Shown here in pieces: positions 36,162 through 45,785 of a stretch of 64,000 bases of DNA. The DNA comes from Candidatus Magasanikiibacteriota bacterium. GTDB lineage: Bacteria; Patescibacteriota; Patescibacteriia; Magasanikbacterales; GWA2-37-8. Position numbers and translations under genes: made by a program. Positions within the stretch are counted from its first letter, which is position 1; each line of letters opens with the position of its first letter. The notes below the pieces were generated by a model, which saw only the letters and a list, made by a program, of their open reading frames with translations, was not told the DNA's origin and made no database searches. Location: positions 6,447-70,446 of the forward strand of contig JBAYGI010000001.1 of the NCBI GenBank assembly GCA_041666745.1, in the 5' to 3' direction.

Positions 36162-37778
36162 ATGTTTGATTTTTATACCACCCTACCATTAACCTGTAGT
36201 TTGTTCGGTTTATTTTTTGGATTATTTGTTTTATTTCAAAATTATAAATCGCGCATGAACCAATTGTTGTTTGCTTTTAATGTAAGTATGTTGTTTTGGA
36301 TGTTTGGCACATTTATGATGTTTTGGTCACGTGGTAATATGTCGGCGGCACTTTTTTGGGATAGATTTGTATACATTGGGGTGGTATTTATGCCACCTTT
36401 GATGCATCATTTTAGTTTGGTTTTCACCCAACAAACCAACAAACAAAAAGGACTGTTGATAGTCAACTATCTTTTGGCCTTTTCTTTTTTATTTTTGAGT
36501 CAAACTCCTTATTTTGTTGATGGTCTTTATTATTATTCTTGGGGTGTGCATAGTCAGGCGCGGATTTTGCATACCATATTTTTAGGGTATTTTTTCTTGG
36601 GCACAGGATTATTTTTTGCCAATGTTTTTAGATATTTCTTAAAAATTAAAGAAAAAATTATTCGTTTGCAAACCATTTATGTTTTTATTGCTTTTGCGAT
36701 CGTAATTTTTATTGGTGGTTCGGCTTATTTGTTTGCTTATCACATTGATACTAAGTTTCCTTTTGCTTATGTTTCCGGATTAATTTTTCCAGTCATGTTG
36801 TTTTATGCCGTTAGTCGTTATCATTTGTTTGGTAAAAAAATAGTAGCGACCGAGGTGTTGGTGGGATTGGCGGAATTTTTTGTGGTGATGGATATTTTCT
36901 TTTCACAAAGTTTAAAAGATGTTTTGCTGAGGGTTGTTTTCGCGATGATTGTGGCTGTAATTGGGGTATTTTTGATTCGATCAGTTCGCAAAGAAATACA
37001 ACGTCGTGAAGAAATTACCAAGTTGGCCGATTCTCTGGAACAAGCCAATCTTCGTTTGCAAGAATTGGACAAACAAAAAACCGAATTCCTTTCCATTGCC
37101 TCTCACCAATTGCGCACACCACTTTCGATTTTAAAAGGTTATATCGAATTGATCAAAGACGGTGGTTATGGCAAAATTACCAAAGACACCAAACAGATTT
37201 TGAATAATATGGATGAGAGCAATGAGCACCTGATCAAATTGGTGGATGATTTTTTGAACATATCGCGCATCGAACAAGGTCGTACCAAATATGATTTTAA
37301 AAATTTTAATTTATCTCACACGGTAGATGGAATATTATTTGAGTTGTGTAAACGCGCGCAGGACAAAGGTTTGAAATGCGAGTGGCACAACGGCACCGTT
37401 TTTGAAATTGTTGGTGATGAAGAAAAAATCCGGCACGTATTATTCAATTTTGTGGATAATGCTATCAAATATTCTGAAAATGGTAAGATTAAAATTAATC
37501 TAAAAGCGGATAATGATGGTGTGAATGTGACTGTGAGTGATCGAGGATTTGGTTTCGGAAAAGTGGATGAAGCGAATTTTTTCCAAAAATTTTATCGTGG
37601 TGAAAATGTTAAAAATACCAATGTTACCGGTACCGGTTTGGGATTGTATGTTTGTCGTAAATTTATTGAGGCGCATGGTGGAAAAGTTTGGGCGCATAGC
37701 TCGGGGCTCGGTAAAGGTAGTGAATTTGGCTTTTGGTTGCCATTAAAACCACCAGACACAGTTTCCGGAAAAGTTTAA
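36162..37778 (+). CDS. sensor histidine kinase with polytopic N-terminal membrane domain
   Basis: Six to seven TM helices. H-box ASHQLRTPLSILKGY. HATPase G-boxes (GTGLGLYVCRKFIEAHGG). The ORF-track TTG at 36129 lies in the promoter. No cognate response regulator is adjacent. Confidence 0.85.
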   Translation: MFDFYTTLPLTCSLFGLFFGLFVLFQNYKSRMNQLLFAFNVSMLFWMFGTFMMFWSRGNMSAALFWDRFVYIGVVFMPPLMHHFSLVFTQQTNKQKGLLIVNYLLAFSFLFLSQTPYFVDGLYYYSWGVHSQARILHTIFLGYFFLGTGLFFANVFRYFLKIKEKIIRLQTIYVFIAFAIVIFIGGSAYLFAYHIDTKFPFAYVSGLIFPVMLFYAVSRYHLFGKKIVATEVLVGLAEFFVVMDIFFSQSLKDVLLRVVFAMIVAVIGVFLIRSVRKEIQRREEITKLADSLEQANLRLQELDKQKTEFLSIASHQLRTPLSILKGYIELIKDGGYGKITKDTKQILNNMDESNEHLIKLVDDFLNISRIEQGRTKYDFKNFNLSHTVDGILFELCKRAQDKGLKCEWHNGTVFEIVGDEEKIRHVLFNFVDNAIKYSENGKIKINLKADNDGVNVTVSDRGFGFGKVDEANFFQKFYRGENVKNTNVTGTGLGLYVCRKFIEAHGGKVWAHSSGLGKGSEFGFWLPLKPPDTVSGKV

Positions 37779-37847
37779 AATTACCCAGTTGTGTTTTTTC
37801 AATAAATATTGTAAAATAAAAGTAATAATTATTTAATCGTATTTTTT

Positions 37848-38324
37848 ATGATTTTTCAAAAATCCACCCCCAAAATTGTGGTAGAAGAAGAAATAGTTCA
37901 ATTTGAAGAACCGGTAGCGACTGAGCGAGTGGATGAAGTGGAGACTATTGTTGGTCCTTCGGTAAATGTGGAGGGGGATTTTGCTTCGGAAGGTAATATT
38001 ATTGTCAAAGGCACAGTGTCTGGCAGTGTGCATACCAGTCGATTTTTGTCGGTGGAAATAGGGGCCAAAATCATGGCCAATGTGCGAGCGGGCAATGCCA
38101 AAATTTCCGGTGAGGTCAAAGGCAATCTGAAAATACGAGAAACTATCGAACTTACTTCAACCGCCAAGATTTTGGGTGATATAGAAGCCAGAGTTTTGTC
38201 GGTAGAGCCGGGGGCACTGTTGTTTGGAAAGGTGTCGATGCCTGGTATCGAAGGCGCTGAAACAAAAGGTTCGAAATCACGTACAACTCGTCGAGGTGAA
38301 GAAATGGTTGAAATTGGAGAATAG
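37848..38324 (+). CDS. bactofilin-family cytoskeletal protein
   Basis: Repetitive beta-helix pattern (VEGDFASEGNIIVKGTVSGSVHTSRFLSVEIGAKIMANVRAGNAKISGEVKGNLKI). Confidence 0.7.
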   Translation: MIFQKSTPKIVVEEEIVQFEEPVATERVDEVETIVGPSVNVEGDFASEGNIIVKGTVSGSVHTSRFLSVEIGAKIMANVRAGNAKISGEVKGNLKIRETIELTSTAKILGDIEARVLSVEPGALLFGKVSMPGIEGAETKGSKSRTTRRGEEMVEIGE

Positions 38325-38363
38325 ATAAAATTGCTTAGGCAATTTGTAATACAGTAATAGCGT

Positions 38364-39128
38364 ATGTACGTTTATCTTTATGACAATTTTTTGCGACAAA
38401 AAAAGTATGATTCGATAATCAAAGCGGTGGAGGTGCGTTTGACAGATTATGGAATTGCCGGAAAAATTTTGCGTTTAAATAATTTTATTGATCCAAAACA
38501 GATTATTGATGATGAAATAAAGCGTGGAGCCAAAACGGTAGTAATAGTTGGCAATGACGCAACCTTTGGATATGTGCTGTCTAGAGCGGCTACCTGCGAC
38601 TGCACTTTTGGGTTTTTGCCGATGGGAGTGAACAATACCATTTCTGAGGTACTTGGTATTCCGGTTGGTGTTGAAGCCTGTGACATATTATCCAAAAGAC
38701 GTAAAGAAAGTTTGGATGTCGGCTGGATGAACAACCGGTATTTTGTTTCTCAGTTGCACATATTACCGGCCAAATTAAAAGTTGTTTACGACGAAAGATT
38801 TGCCGTAACCACCAACGAAAAGATGGAAGTAATAGTCTGCAACTTGCAACCTTATTATTGGAAAAAAGATAAAAAAGACAAGTCAGAAAATGTAGTGCAC
38901 CCGCAAGATGGAAAGTTGGAAGCATTTTTACGCCCATTGACAAAGAAGGGGTGGTGGGGTTATAAATATGAGGATCCAAGTGTGTTTCCTTTTGAAGAAA
39001 TGGAGATTATGTCCAACTCGCCATTCACCGTCGAAGCGGATGGAAAAGTTTCCAAAGAAATAAAAGTAAAAATTAAATTGGCTCATGGAAAAATCGACAT
39101 GGTAGTTGGCAGAAATAGGAAGTTTTAA
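38364..39128 (+). CDS. diacylglycerol-kinase catalytic-domain (DAGK_cat/NAD-kinase-like) protein with degenerate GGDGT motif
   Basis: VVIVGNDATFGYVL stands in place of GGDGT; FGFLPMGVNNTISEVLGIP. Confidence 0.5.
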   Translation: MYVYLYDNFLRQKKYDSIIKAVEVRLTDYGIAGKILRLNNFIDPKQIIDDEIKRGAKTVVIVGNDATFGYVLSRAATCDCTFGFLPMGVNNTISEVLGIPVGVEACDILSKRRKESLDVGWMNNRYFVSQLHILPAKLKVVYDERFAVTTNEKMEVIVCNLQPYYWKKDKKDKSENVVHPQDGKLEAFLRPLTKKGWWGYKYEDPSVFPFEEMEIMSNSPFTVEADGKVSKEIKVKIKLAHGKIDMVVGRNRKF

Positions 39129-39134
39129 TTGTAA

Positions 39135-39217
39135 GCCCAGGTGGCGAAATGGTAGACGCACTACCTTGAGGTGGTAGCGGCCGCAAGGCCATGGAAGTTC
39201 AACTCTTCTCCTGGGCA
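39135..39217 (+). tRNA. tRNA-Leu (anticodon GAG)
   Basis: Acceptor stem GCCCAGG/CCTGGGC with discriminator A. Anticodon arm CTACC-TTGAGGT-GGTAG. Long variable arm (GGCCGCAAGGCC). T-arm GGAAGTTCAACTCTTCC. 83 nt, and CCA is not encoded. Confidence 0.85.
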
Positions 39218-39231
39218 CTTAAAAATAATAT

Positions 39232-39477
39232 ATGCGTTATTTTATCGGAATCATTTGTGTTTTAGTAGGGGTATTATTGATTCTAAAAACCGAATGGTTT
39301 TTGGCAAATTTTGGTACGGTTGGTTGGGCGGAAGCAAATTTGGGAACTAGCGGTGGTAGTCGTCTGTTTTATAAACTGCTTGGTTTGATAGGCATTTTTA
39401 TCGGATTTTTATTGGTTACCAATATGTTTCAAGGATTTTTAATGGGAACAATTGGTAAAGTATTTGTAAGAGGTTAA
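39232..39477 (+). CDS. small membrane protein, hypothetical
   Basis: Two hydrophobic helices. Confidence 0.4.
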   Translation: MRYFIGIICVLVGVLLILKTEWFLANFGTVGWAEANLGTSGGSRLFYKLLGLIGIFIGFLLVTNMFQGFLMGTIGKVFVRG

Positions 39478-39480
39478 AAT

Positions 39481-40029
39481 ATGTCACATGCCGGACGCGC
39501 ATTAATCGATCCATTTAGTATTTTTACTAAAATAGGATTGACCAAAGGAATGAAGGTGGCCGATATGGGCTGCGGTCGTACCGGGCATTTTGTTTTTCCG
39601 GCCGCCAGAATAGTTGGTGAGACTGGCATAGTATATGCGGTAGATATTTTGAAAGATGTTTTAGAAAGTATCAGCAGTTGGGTTCGAACTCAAGCTTTGA
39701 GTAATGTTCAAGTGATTTGGTCGGATATTGAAATGGTAAACAAAACACCAATTCCGCCAAAAAGTTTGGACATGTGTTTTTTTATGAACGTATTGTGCGG
39801 ATTAAAAAATAAACCAGGGGCACTATTGGAAGCATCTCGCTTGTTAAAAGATGATGGTCAAATAGTCATAGTGGATTGGTCAAAAAGATTGGGCACATTG
39901 GGTCCGTCAGATGATGCGATAGTTGACCCCAAAAAATTGACTGAGACGGCGGATGAGTGTGGTTTGAAATTAGTAAAAGAAATTTTAGTCAGTGATTATC
40001 ATTATTGTTTGATATTTAAGAAAATTTGA
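39481..40029 (+). CDS. class I SAM-dependent methyltransferase
   Basis: VADMGCGRTGHFVFPAARIVGETGIVYAVDI is SAM motif I. Confidence 0.7.
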   Translation: MSHAGRALIDPFSIFTKIGLTKGMKVADMGCGRTGHFVFPAARIVGETGIVYAVDILKDVLESISSWVRTQALSNVQVIWSDIEMVNKTPIPPKSLDMCFFMNVLCGLKNKPGALLEASRLLKDDGQIVIVDWSKRLGTLGPSDDAIVDPKKLTETADECGLKLVKEILVSDYHYCLIFKKI

Positions 40030-40442
40030 TTATGCAAATTCAAAATGTGTGGGAAACATCGTATTGGTTTTATCAGCCGTTTATCGCCGTTGGAGGAGTA
40101 AAATGGTTTTGGATTATTAGTTTTTTGGTACTAGTGTTAGCCGGATTAGTCGCCAAAATTGTTCGGATTTATAACAAAAAAATCAGCCAGAGTACTCAAG
40201 AAGTTTTGCGTCGTGCCGGTAATATGCTGATCGTCACCGGATTACTCGGTTTGTTGTGGATATGTTTTCGTCAACAGCAGGTAACATTTTTGGCTTGGAG
40301 ATTTTGGTTGGTTTTGTGGATAATTTTATTTGTTTGGTGGGGTTGGAAAGTTATTTTTTATGCCACCAAAAGATTGCCTTTGATCAATGAAGAACAAGCC
40401 AAGAAGCAATTGATGGGAAAATATTTGCCAAAAAGTAAATAA
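40026..40442 (+). CDS. membrane protein, hypothetical
   Basis: Three TM helices. Its ATG overlaps the upstream stop. Confidence 0.45.
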   Translation: MIMQIQNVWETSYWFYQPFIAVGGVKWFWIISFLVLVLAGLVAKIVRIYNKKISQSTQEVLRRAGNMLIVTGLLGLLWICFRQQQVTFLAWRFWLVLWIILFVWWGWKVIFYATKRLPLINEEQAKKQLMGKYLPKSK

Positions 40443-40446
40443 TATT

Positions 40447-40806
40447 ATGGATGTGGGGAGGGGAAAAATAATTGGAAAATGGGGAGAAGATCAAGCCTGT
40501 GCCTTTTTAATTCGGCACGGGTTTTTTGTTAAGGAAAGGAATTTTTTTTCTACCGTTGGGGAGTTGGATATTATCGCAGAAAAAGGCGGTGATTATTATT
40601 TTGTTGAAGTGAAAACGCGCGCGGAAGGTGATTTGGCTAGCGACTTGGCGATCACTCAAGCAAAAAAACACAAATTGGAAAAAACCGTGCGTAAATATTG
40701 TTATCAGCGCAATATCGAAGAAACCGGTATAATGTTGGCCGGTTTGCTGGTGGTGTATAATCGTTTTTTGCAAAAGACATCTTTTCGTTTTGTAGTATTT
40801 AGCTAA
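40447..40806 (+). CDS. yraN: YraN-family (UPF0102) endonuclease
   Basis: GKWGEDQACAFLIRHGF...GELDIIAEKGGDYYFVEVKTR. Confidence 0.75.
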   Translation: MDVGRGKIIGKWGEDQACAFLIRHGFFVKERNFFSTVGELDIIAEKGGDYYFVEVKTRAEGDLASDLAITQAKKHKLEKTVRKYCYQRNIEETGIMLAGLLVVYNRFLQKTSFRFVVFS

Positions 40807-40869
40807 ATATTGACAAAATCTTGAAAATTCATTAAAATTAAGCCAAATTTATTATTAATTGTAAACACT

Positions 40870-41472
40870 ATGAATTTACCACAAAAAGAGCGATCGTTTG
40901 TCGCTATCAAGCCGGACGGAGTCCAAAGATCATTGATCGGTGAAATTATTCAACGACTGGAAAAAACCGGTTTAAAATTGGTGGCTTTAAAAATGGTGGT
41001 GGCTACTGAAGATATGCTTTTGACTCACTACAACAAAGATGATAAATGGTATGAAGAAAAAGGTAGTGTTGTGGTGAAAAATCGTCAGGCGGCCGGGTTG
41101 GCGGTAGAAAAGCCGGCGCTGGAATATGGAAAAGATATTATTCGGGCTTTGGTGAAATTTATGAGTTGCAGTCCGGTGGTTGCGATGGTTTGGGAAGGAA
41201 ACCAAGCGGTGGGAATAGTGAAAAAAATAGTTGGCGGTACCGAACCTTTGACTTCTGACGTTGGCACTATTCGCGGTGATCTCACTTTGGATTCTTATGA
41301 ATTGTCCAATCTCGATGGTCGGGCGGTTCGCAATTTGATTCACTGTTCAGATAAACCGGAAGAGGCTTTGCGTGAAATGCAGATTTGGTTTAAGGAAAAT
41401 GAATTGGTAAATTATCGGTTGGTGCAGGAACAGGTGTTGTATGATGTGAATATTGATGGGTTGTTGGAATAA
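40870..41472 (+). CDS. ndk: nucleoside diphosphate kinase (long form with two insertions)
   Basis: ERSFVAIKPDGVQR and the active-site NLIHCSD. About 50 aa longer than canonical NDK. Confidence 0.85.
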   Translation: MNLPQKERSFVAIKPDGVQRSLIGEIIQRLEKTGLKLVALKMVVATEDMLLTHYNKDDKWYEEKGSVVVKNRQAAGLAVEKPALEYGKDIIRALVKFMSCSPVVAMVWEGNQAVGIVKKIVGGTEPLTSDVGTIRGDLTLDSYELSNLDGRAVRNLIHCSDKPEEALREMQIWFKENELVNYRLVQEQVLYDVNIDGLLE

Positions 41473-41520
41473 AAAATAAAAATACAGGGTACAATCGTAC
41501 CCTGTATTTTTATTTGTTTT
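41470..41520. terminator. bidirectional terminator between convergent genes
   Basis: Perfect 11-bp stem atacagggtac/gtaccctgtat flanked by A- and T-runs. Confidence 0.8.
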
Positions 41521-41521
41521 T

Positions 41522-41881
41522 TTAAATTTTTGTTTTGAAGAAGTTTATGATTTCTTCTTGGCCTTTGTAACAATTTATTCCATCCCAGTAGAGCGGTACG
41601 GTCATGCCGTCTTGGTTGTTTAATCCGCATTGATTCCAGATTTTGGTCATTAGGATTAGGTTGTCTTGGTTGTGCCAAACTTCTTTTTTGCTGAAGGTGA
41701 GTTTTTTATCAACATTGTTGGCGACGATAAAATCATCGACTATTTTGCAATGTGGACAGCCATCGCCAAAAAATAGGATTGATTCTTTTGGTATGCCCGC
41801 AACTTTGCTTGGCGAAAAAATCAACCAAATCGCAAAGGCGACAATGACAATGGTTATGATGTATGGGATAGCTTTTTTCAT
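41522..41881 (-). CDS. membrane-anchored thioredoxin-fold thiol-disulfide oxidoreductase
   Basis: CPHC active site (FFGDGCPHCKIVDDF) and an N-terminal TM helix. Confidence 0.65.
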   Translation of the reverse strand: MKKAIPYIITIVIVAFAIWLIFSPSKVAGIPKESILFFGDGCPHCKIVDDFIVANNVDKKLTFSKKEVWHNQDNLILMTKIWNQCGLNNQDGMTVPLYWDGINCYKGQEEIINFFKTKI

Positions 41882-41890
41882 TGGGATCGT

Positions 41891-42064
41891 TTAGGCTTTT
41901 TTGGAAGCGGTACGTCGGCAAGATGAACAAGCTTTTACTTTTTCTTTTCCAACCAAAAGTAATTGGAGATTTGGGTGTTGACGGCGTGGTACGCGGCGTT
42001 TACTGTGACTAACGTGATTGGCGCGAGCGCTGGTTTTGCCGCAAACTGTACAAGATTTACTCAT
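41891..42064 (-). CDS. rpmB: 50S ribosomal protein L28
   Basis: A 57-aa ORF missing from the track: MSKSCTVCGKTSARANHVSHSKRRVPRRQHPNLQLLLVGKEKVKACSSCRRTASKKA. Matches the L28 pattern (C.V.GK...N.VSHS...RR..PNLQ). Confidence 0.8.
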   Translation of the reverse strand: MSKSCTVCGKTSARANHVSHSKRRVPRRQHPNLQLLLVGKEKVKACSSCRRTASKKA

Positions 42065-42160
42065 AAAATTGATTATTTAAAGGGATTAGGATATAATTGA
42101 TGATGAAATTATATTAAATAATCAGCCTTTTGTCAATAGAAAGCTTAATTTAAAGCCAAT

Positions 42161-42763
42161 ATGGATTTTGTTTCTTTGTTATTTTACTTCATAGTTATCA
42201 TTCCGTCGGCTATCATTCACGAATACGCCCATGGTTGGATGGCTTATCAGCTCGGTGATCCTACCGCCAAATACGCCGGCAGGCTCACTATCGACCCACG
42301 TGCTCACATAGATAAGTGGGGAACGATCATTTTGCCGATTGGCCTGTTTCTGCTTACACGTGGGAGTTTTTTGTTTGCTTATGCCAAACCGGTGCCATAT
42401 AATCCCTACAATCTAAAAGATCAAAAATGGGGACCGGCATTGGTGGGTATTGCCGGACCGGTAGCGAATCTTTTGTTGGCTACTTGTTTTGCGATTTTGT
42501 TTCGACTATCTCCAAGTAGTCTGTTCGCTCCATTTTTTGAAATCATTGTTTATGCCAATGTTGTTTTGATGGTTTTCAATTTGTTGCCAATTCCGCCGTT
42601 GGATGGTTCGAAAATTTTGTATGCGGTATTGCCATCCTCGGCTTACAATATCCGCGCTTTTTTGGATCGCTATGGTTTTATTATCTTGATGTTTTTTGTT
42701 TTCTTTTTATTCGATGCTGTCCGTCCGATTATTGATATAATAATTCGATTGTTGATTGGTTGA
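42161..42763 (+). CDS. M50-like intramembrane zinc metalloprotease (site-2 protease family)
   Basis: HExxH (IIHEYAHGWMA), multiple TM helices and a LDGSK motif. Confidence 0.7.
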   Translation: MDFVSLLFYFIVIIPSAIIHEYAHGWMAYQLGDPTAKYAGRLTIDPRAHIDKWGTIILPIGLFLLTRGSFLFAYAKPVPYNPYNLKDQKWGPALVGIAGPVANLLLATCFAILFRLSPSSLFAPFFEIIVYANVVLMVFNLLPIPPLDGSKILYAVLPSSAYNIRAFLDRYGFIILMFFVFFLFDAVRPIIDIIIRLLIG

Positions 42764-43965
42764 TTATGTTGCCAATATTATCCGTTTCAGAATTTATCGA
42801 GCAAGTAAACGGAATTATTGCCGGGGAGTTTATTATTGAAGGTGAAGTTTCACAATATAAAATATCTCAAGGTAAATGGATTTTTTTTGATCTCAAAGAT
42901 GATAGAGCGGTAGTAAATTGTTTTGCTACTGTTTTTAGTTTAACGCAACCTTTGGAAGATGGCATGAAAATACGGGTGTTGGGCTATCCAAAAGTTCATG
43001 ACAAAAGCGGACGGTTTAGTGTGACAGTGCAAAAAGTGGAATTGGTAGGTGAGGGGAGTTTGAAAAAAGCTTATTTACTTTTGAAAAAGAAGTTGGAGGA
43101 TGAAGGTTTGTTTGCGAAAGAAAGAAAACGTGTTTTGCCGTATTTGCCAAAAAAAATCGGAGTGATTGCGTCGCGTGACAGCGCGGCGTTTGGGGATTTT
43201 GTTCGGATTTTGAATAATCGTTGGAGTGGAATAGAGATAAATATTTATCATGTGGCGGTGCAGGGGGAGCAAGCGGTGAGTGAAATTGCACAAGCGTTTA
43301 ATTTTTTTAATACGACGGATACCGATTGTGATGTGCTGGTTTTGATTCGTGGTGGCGGTTCGCTGGAAGATTTGGCGGCTTTTAATAATGAAATGGTGGT
43401 GAAAGCGGTGTATGGTAGTAAAATTCCGGTGATCTGCGGAGTGGGGCACGAACGTGATGAATCACTTTGTGATTTTGTAGCTGATGTGCGCGCTTCGACT
43501 CCCTCCAATGCCGCCGAAATAGTTGTGCCGGATAAACATGATTTTATTTCTGAATTGGATTTTTCTCTGGAACATATTTTTGGCTCTATGCAAAATAAGA
43601 TTTTGCGCCATCGTCGTTTGGTGGAACAAAGTTTTTATACAATCTCGTCGGTGTTGGAAGCGCCGTTGCAAAAGTGTCGTAGTTTGATGGAAAATTTTAA
43701 AAGAGCGCCTTTGGTTTTGCAAAATAATCTATCTGCTTATCAGGCTTTTGTTTTGTCCGCTCAGAGGTTGTTTAAAAATGTTGATCCTAAGCGGGTGTTG
43801 AAGCGTGGGTATAGTATTGCGCGGGATATGCGGGGGGTGATTGTGCGGAGCGCTAGGCAGTTGGACGTGGGGAGTGAATTTGTGGTAGAATTTGGGGAAG
43901 GGGTGGTGATGGCGGAGAATTTGGGGTTAGACAAAAAAGCTAGGAAACAGGCTAAATTATTATAA
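42760..43965 (+). CDS. xseA: exodeoxyribonuclease VII large subunit
   Basis: OB-fold N-terminus (ILSVSEFIEQVNGIIAGEFIIEGEVSQ) and the RGGGSLEDL catalytic core. Confidence 0.9.
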   Translation: MIMLPILSVSEFIEQVNGIIAGEFIIEGEVSQYKISQGKWIFFDLKDDRAVVNCFATVFSLTQPLEDGMKIRVLGYPKVHDKSGRFSVTVQKVELVGEGSLKKAYLLLKKKLEDEGLFAKERKRVLPYLPKKIGVIASRDSAAFGDFVRILNNRWSGIEINIYHVAVQGEQAVSEIAQAFNFFNTTDTDCDVLVLIRGGGSLEDLAAFNNEMVVKAVYGSKIPVICGVGHERDESLCDFVADVRASTPSNAAEIVVPDKHDFISELDFSLEHIFGSMQNKILRHRRLVEQSFYTISSVLEAPLQKCRSLMENFKRAPLVLQNNLSAYQAFVLSAQRLFKNVDPKRVLKRGYSIARDMRGVIVRSARQLDVGSEFVVEFGEGVVMAENLGLDKKARKQAKLL

Positions 43966-43971
43966 ATATTT

Positions 43972-44115
43972 TTTATTCGTTCACAGTGAAAATACTCGGT
44001 ATAATTTGTGACTCGTGTAGCTCTGGCTCTGAACTCGCCTGAGGGCTCAAACAGCAGAGCCAGACACGCTACACTTGTCTACAAATTATTCCTCGTATTT
44101 TCAATGTTCACTCAT
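43972..44115. repeat. about 140-bp imperfect palindrome (MITE-like or structured RNA) separating xseA from xseB
   Basis: Nested arms: ttcacagtgaaaatac/gtattttcaatgttcac; aatactcggtataatttgt/acaaattattcctcgtatt; gtgtagc/gctacac; tctggctctg/cagagccaga. Contains GGTATAAT. Confidence 0.6.
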
Positions 44116-44155
44116 TAAAAAATATTTATAATAATTTACACTATTTATTTTTTTT

Positions 44156-44347
44156 ATGAATGCTGATAGGAAATTTAATTTTGCGAAGTCTTACCAAGAA
44201 TTGCAAAAGATTGTGGAGTGGTTTGAGAAGGAAGATGTGGATTTGGAGGAGGGTATCGCCAAATTTGAGGATGGGGCGAAGATTGTGAAGGAGTTGAAAG
44301 AATATTTGGAAAAAATGGAAAATAGGATTAAGGAATTAAAAAAATAA
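44156..44347 (+). CDS. xseB: exodeoxyribonuclease VII small subunit
   Basis: FAKSYQELQKIVEWFEKEDVDLEEGIAKFEDG. Confidence 0.85.
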   Translation: MNADRKFNFAKSYQELQKIVEWFEKEDVDLEEGIAKFEDGAKIVKELKEYLEKMENRIKELKK

Positions 44348-44351
44348 TTTT

Positions 44352-44690
44352 ATGTCTTTACTTTTACGTTGGTTGTTGGGCGCTTTGTCGCTCGTGTTGG
44401 TTACTTATTTGGTGCCGGGGATTAATGTGGCTAGTTTTTATACAGCTTTAATCGCCGCGTTGGTTTTGGGGTTAATAAATTGTTTAGTTAAACCGATTTT
44501 GGTCTTACTCACCCTGCCGGTAAATATTTTAACATTGGGATTGTTTACTTTGGTTATTAATGCCTTGTTGTTTTGGTTGGCCGCGACCATTGTGAAAGGT
44601 TTTGGAGTGGCAGGATTTTGGCCGGCTTTTTGGGGAGCATTGGTAATGTCAGTGGTGAGTTGGATTTTAAATGCAATTTTTAATAAATAA
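44352..44690 (+). CDS. phage-holin-4_2/YvlD-family four-TM membrane protein
   Basis: LLGALSLVLVTYLVPGINVASFYTALIAALVLGLIN resembles YvlD-type proteins. Confidence 0.7.
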   Translation: MSLLLRWLLGALSLVLVTYLVPGINVASFYTALIAALVLGLINCLVKPILVLLTLPVNILTLGLFTLVINALLFWLAATIVKGFGVAGFWPAFWGALVMSVVSWILNAIFNK

Positions 44691-44839
44691 TTGTGTGAAA
44701 AATTACTCCAGCAATCGCGCGCAAAAGGGAAAGACGGCTTATCGGACGCCGAGTATGTTTAAGGCTAATAAGGCGATTAATTACGCGGATATGAAAGCGC
44801 GCACGGATAATCTAAAAAATAAAGTAGTTAAAAATTATT

Positions 44840-45532
44840 ATGAAAGATAAAAATAAAATTGTAGTGCTGTCATTGGGCGGTTCGCTGATTGTTCCCAAAA
44901 CTGGTTTTGATTTGGATTTTATTAAAAATTTTAAGTCATTTATTTTAAAACAGATTAAAAATGGTTTCAAGTTTGTGATTGTTTGTGGTGGAGGCAATAC
45001 AGCGCGAGTGTATCAGGCGGCGGCCAGAGAAGTGGGGAATTTGCTTAGCGATGATATCGATTGGATAGGTATTCACGCCACCCGTCTTAATGCTCATTTT
45101 ATTCGCACGATTTTTCGCGAGTGGGCACATCCGATTGTAGTAAAAAATCCCACAGTTAAATTGCAATGGAAAAAACCACTGTTAATAGCCGCCGGTTGGA
45201 AGCCGGGTTGGTCAACCGATTATGACGCGGTAAAATTAGCGACGATGTATGGTGCTTCCACAGTAGTGAATTTGTCCAATATCGAATATGTTTATGACAA
45301 AGATCCGAACAAATTTAAAGACGCGAAAAAAATAGAAAAAATAAGTTGGAAAGATTTTAGAAAAATTGTCGGGAACAAATGGGTGCCGGGGGCGAATCTG
45401 CCGTTTGATCCGATTGCTAGTCGTGAGGCACAGAAACACAAGATAAAAGTGGCGGTAATAAAAGGGGATAGTTTTGAGGAGATGGAAAATGTGTTGACTG
45501 GTAAACAATTTAAAGGAACTTTTATTTATTAA
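44840..45532 (+). CDS. pyrH: amino-acid-kinase-fold uridylate kinase-like protein
   Basis: KIVVLSLGGSL, VIVCGGGNTAR, DWIGIHATRLNA. Confidence 0.7.
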   Translation: MKDKNKIVVLSLGGSLIVPKTGFDLDFIKNFKSFILKQIKNGFKFVIVCGGGNTARVYQAAAREVGNLLSDDIDWIGIHATRLNAHFIRTIFREWAHPIVVKNPTVKLQWKKPLLIAAGWKPGWSTDYDAVKLATMYGASTVVNLSNIEYVYDKDPNKFKDAKKIEKISWKDFRKIVGNKWVPGANLPFDPIASREAQKHKIKVAVIKGDSFEEMENVLTGKQFKGTFIY

Positions 45533-45542
45533 TTTAACCAAT

Positions 45543-45755
45543 ATGCTCAAAAAGTTCACGGATTTAAAAAAGCATCACCAGTTGTTTTTCTCACTAATCA
45601 TCATGTCCGGTATGATCTGTATGTGGCGAGGGGTCTGGGGTTTGTTGGATATGTTTTTGTTTACAGGTTCTCCATTGTATAGTTATTCCCTTTCGTTTAT
45701 AATAGGCGTAGGTGTCATTTGTTTGATGCATTATACGATTGACAAGATTGTTTGA
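45543..45755 (+). CDS. small membrane protein, hypothetical
   Basis: Two TM helices. Confidence 0.4.
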   Translation: MLKKFTDLKKHHQLFFSLIIMSGMICMWRGVWGLLDMFLFTGSPLYSYSLSFIIGVGVICLMHYTIDKIV

Positions 45756-45785
45756 ATGGAAATTCACGTTGTGTTATACTTACAG

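Noticed and set aside
34844-36192. Multiple overlapping ORFs on both strands (34908-35276, 35210-35512, 35388-35651, 35767-36192 and others) in the second GC island
   Set aside because: High-GC shadow ORFs. Only the 34782/34815-36032 frame has a Rossmann motif, an RBS and a terminator.
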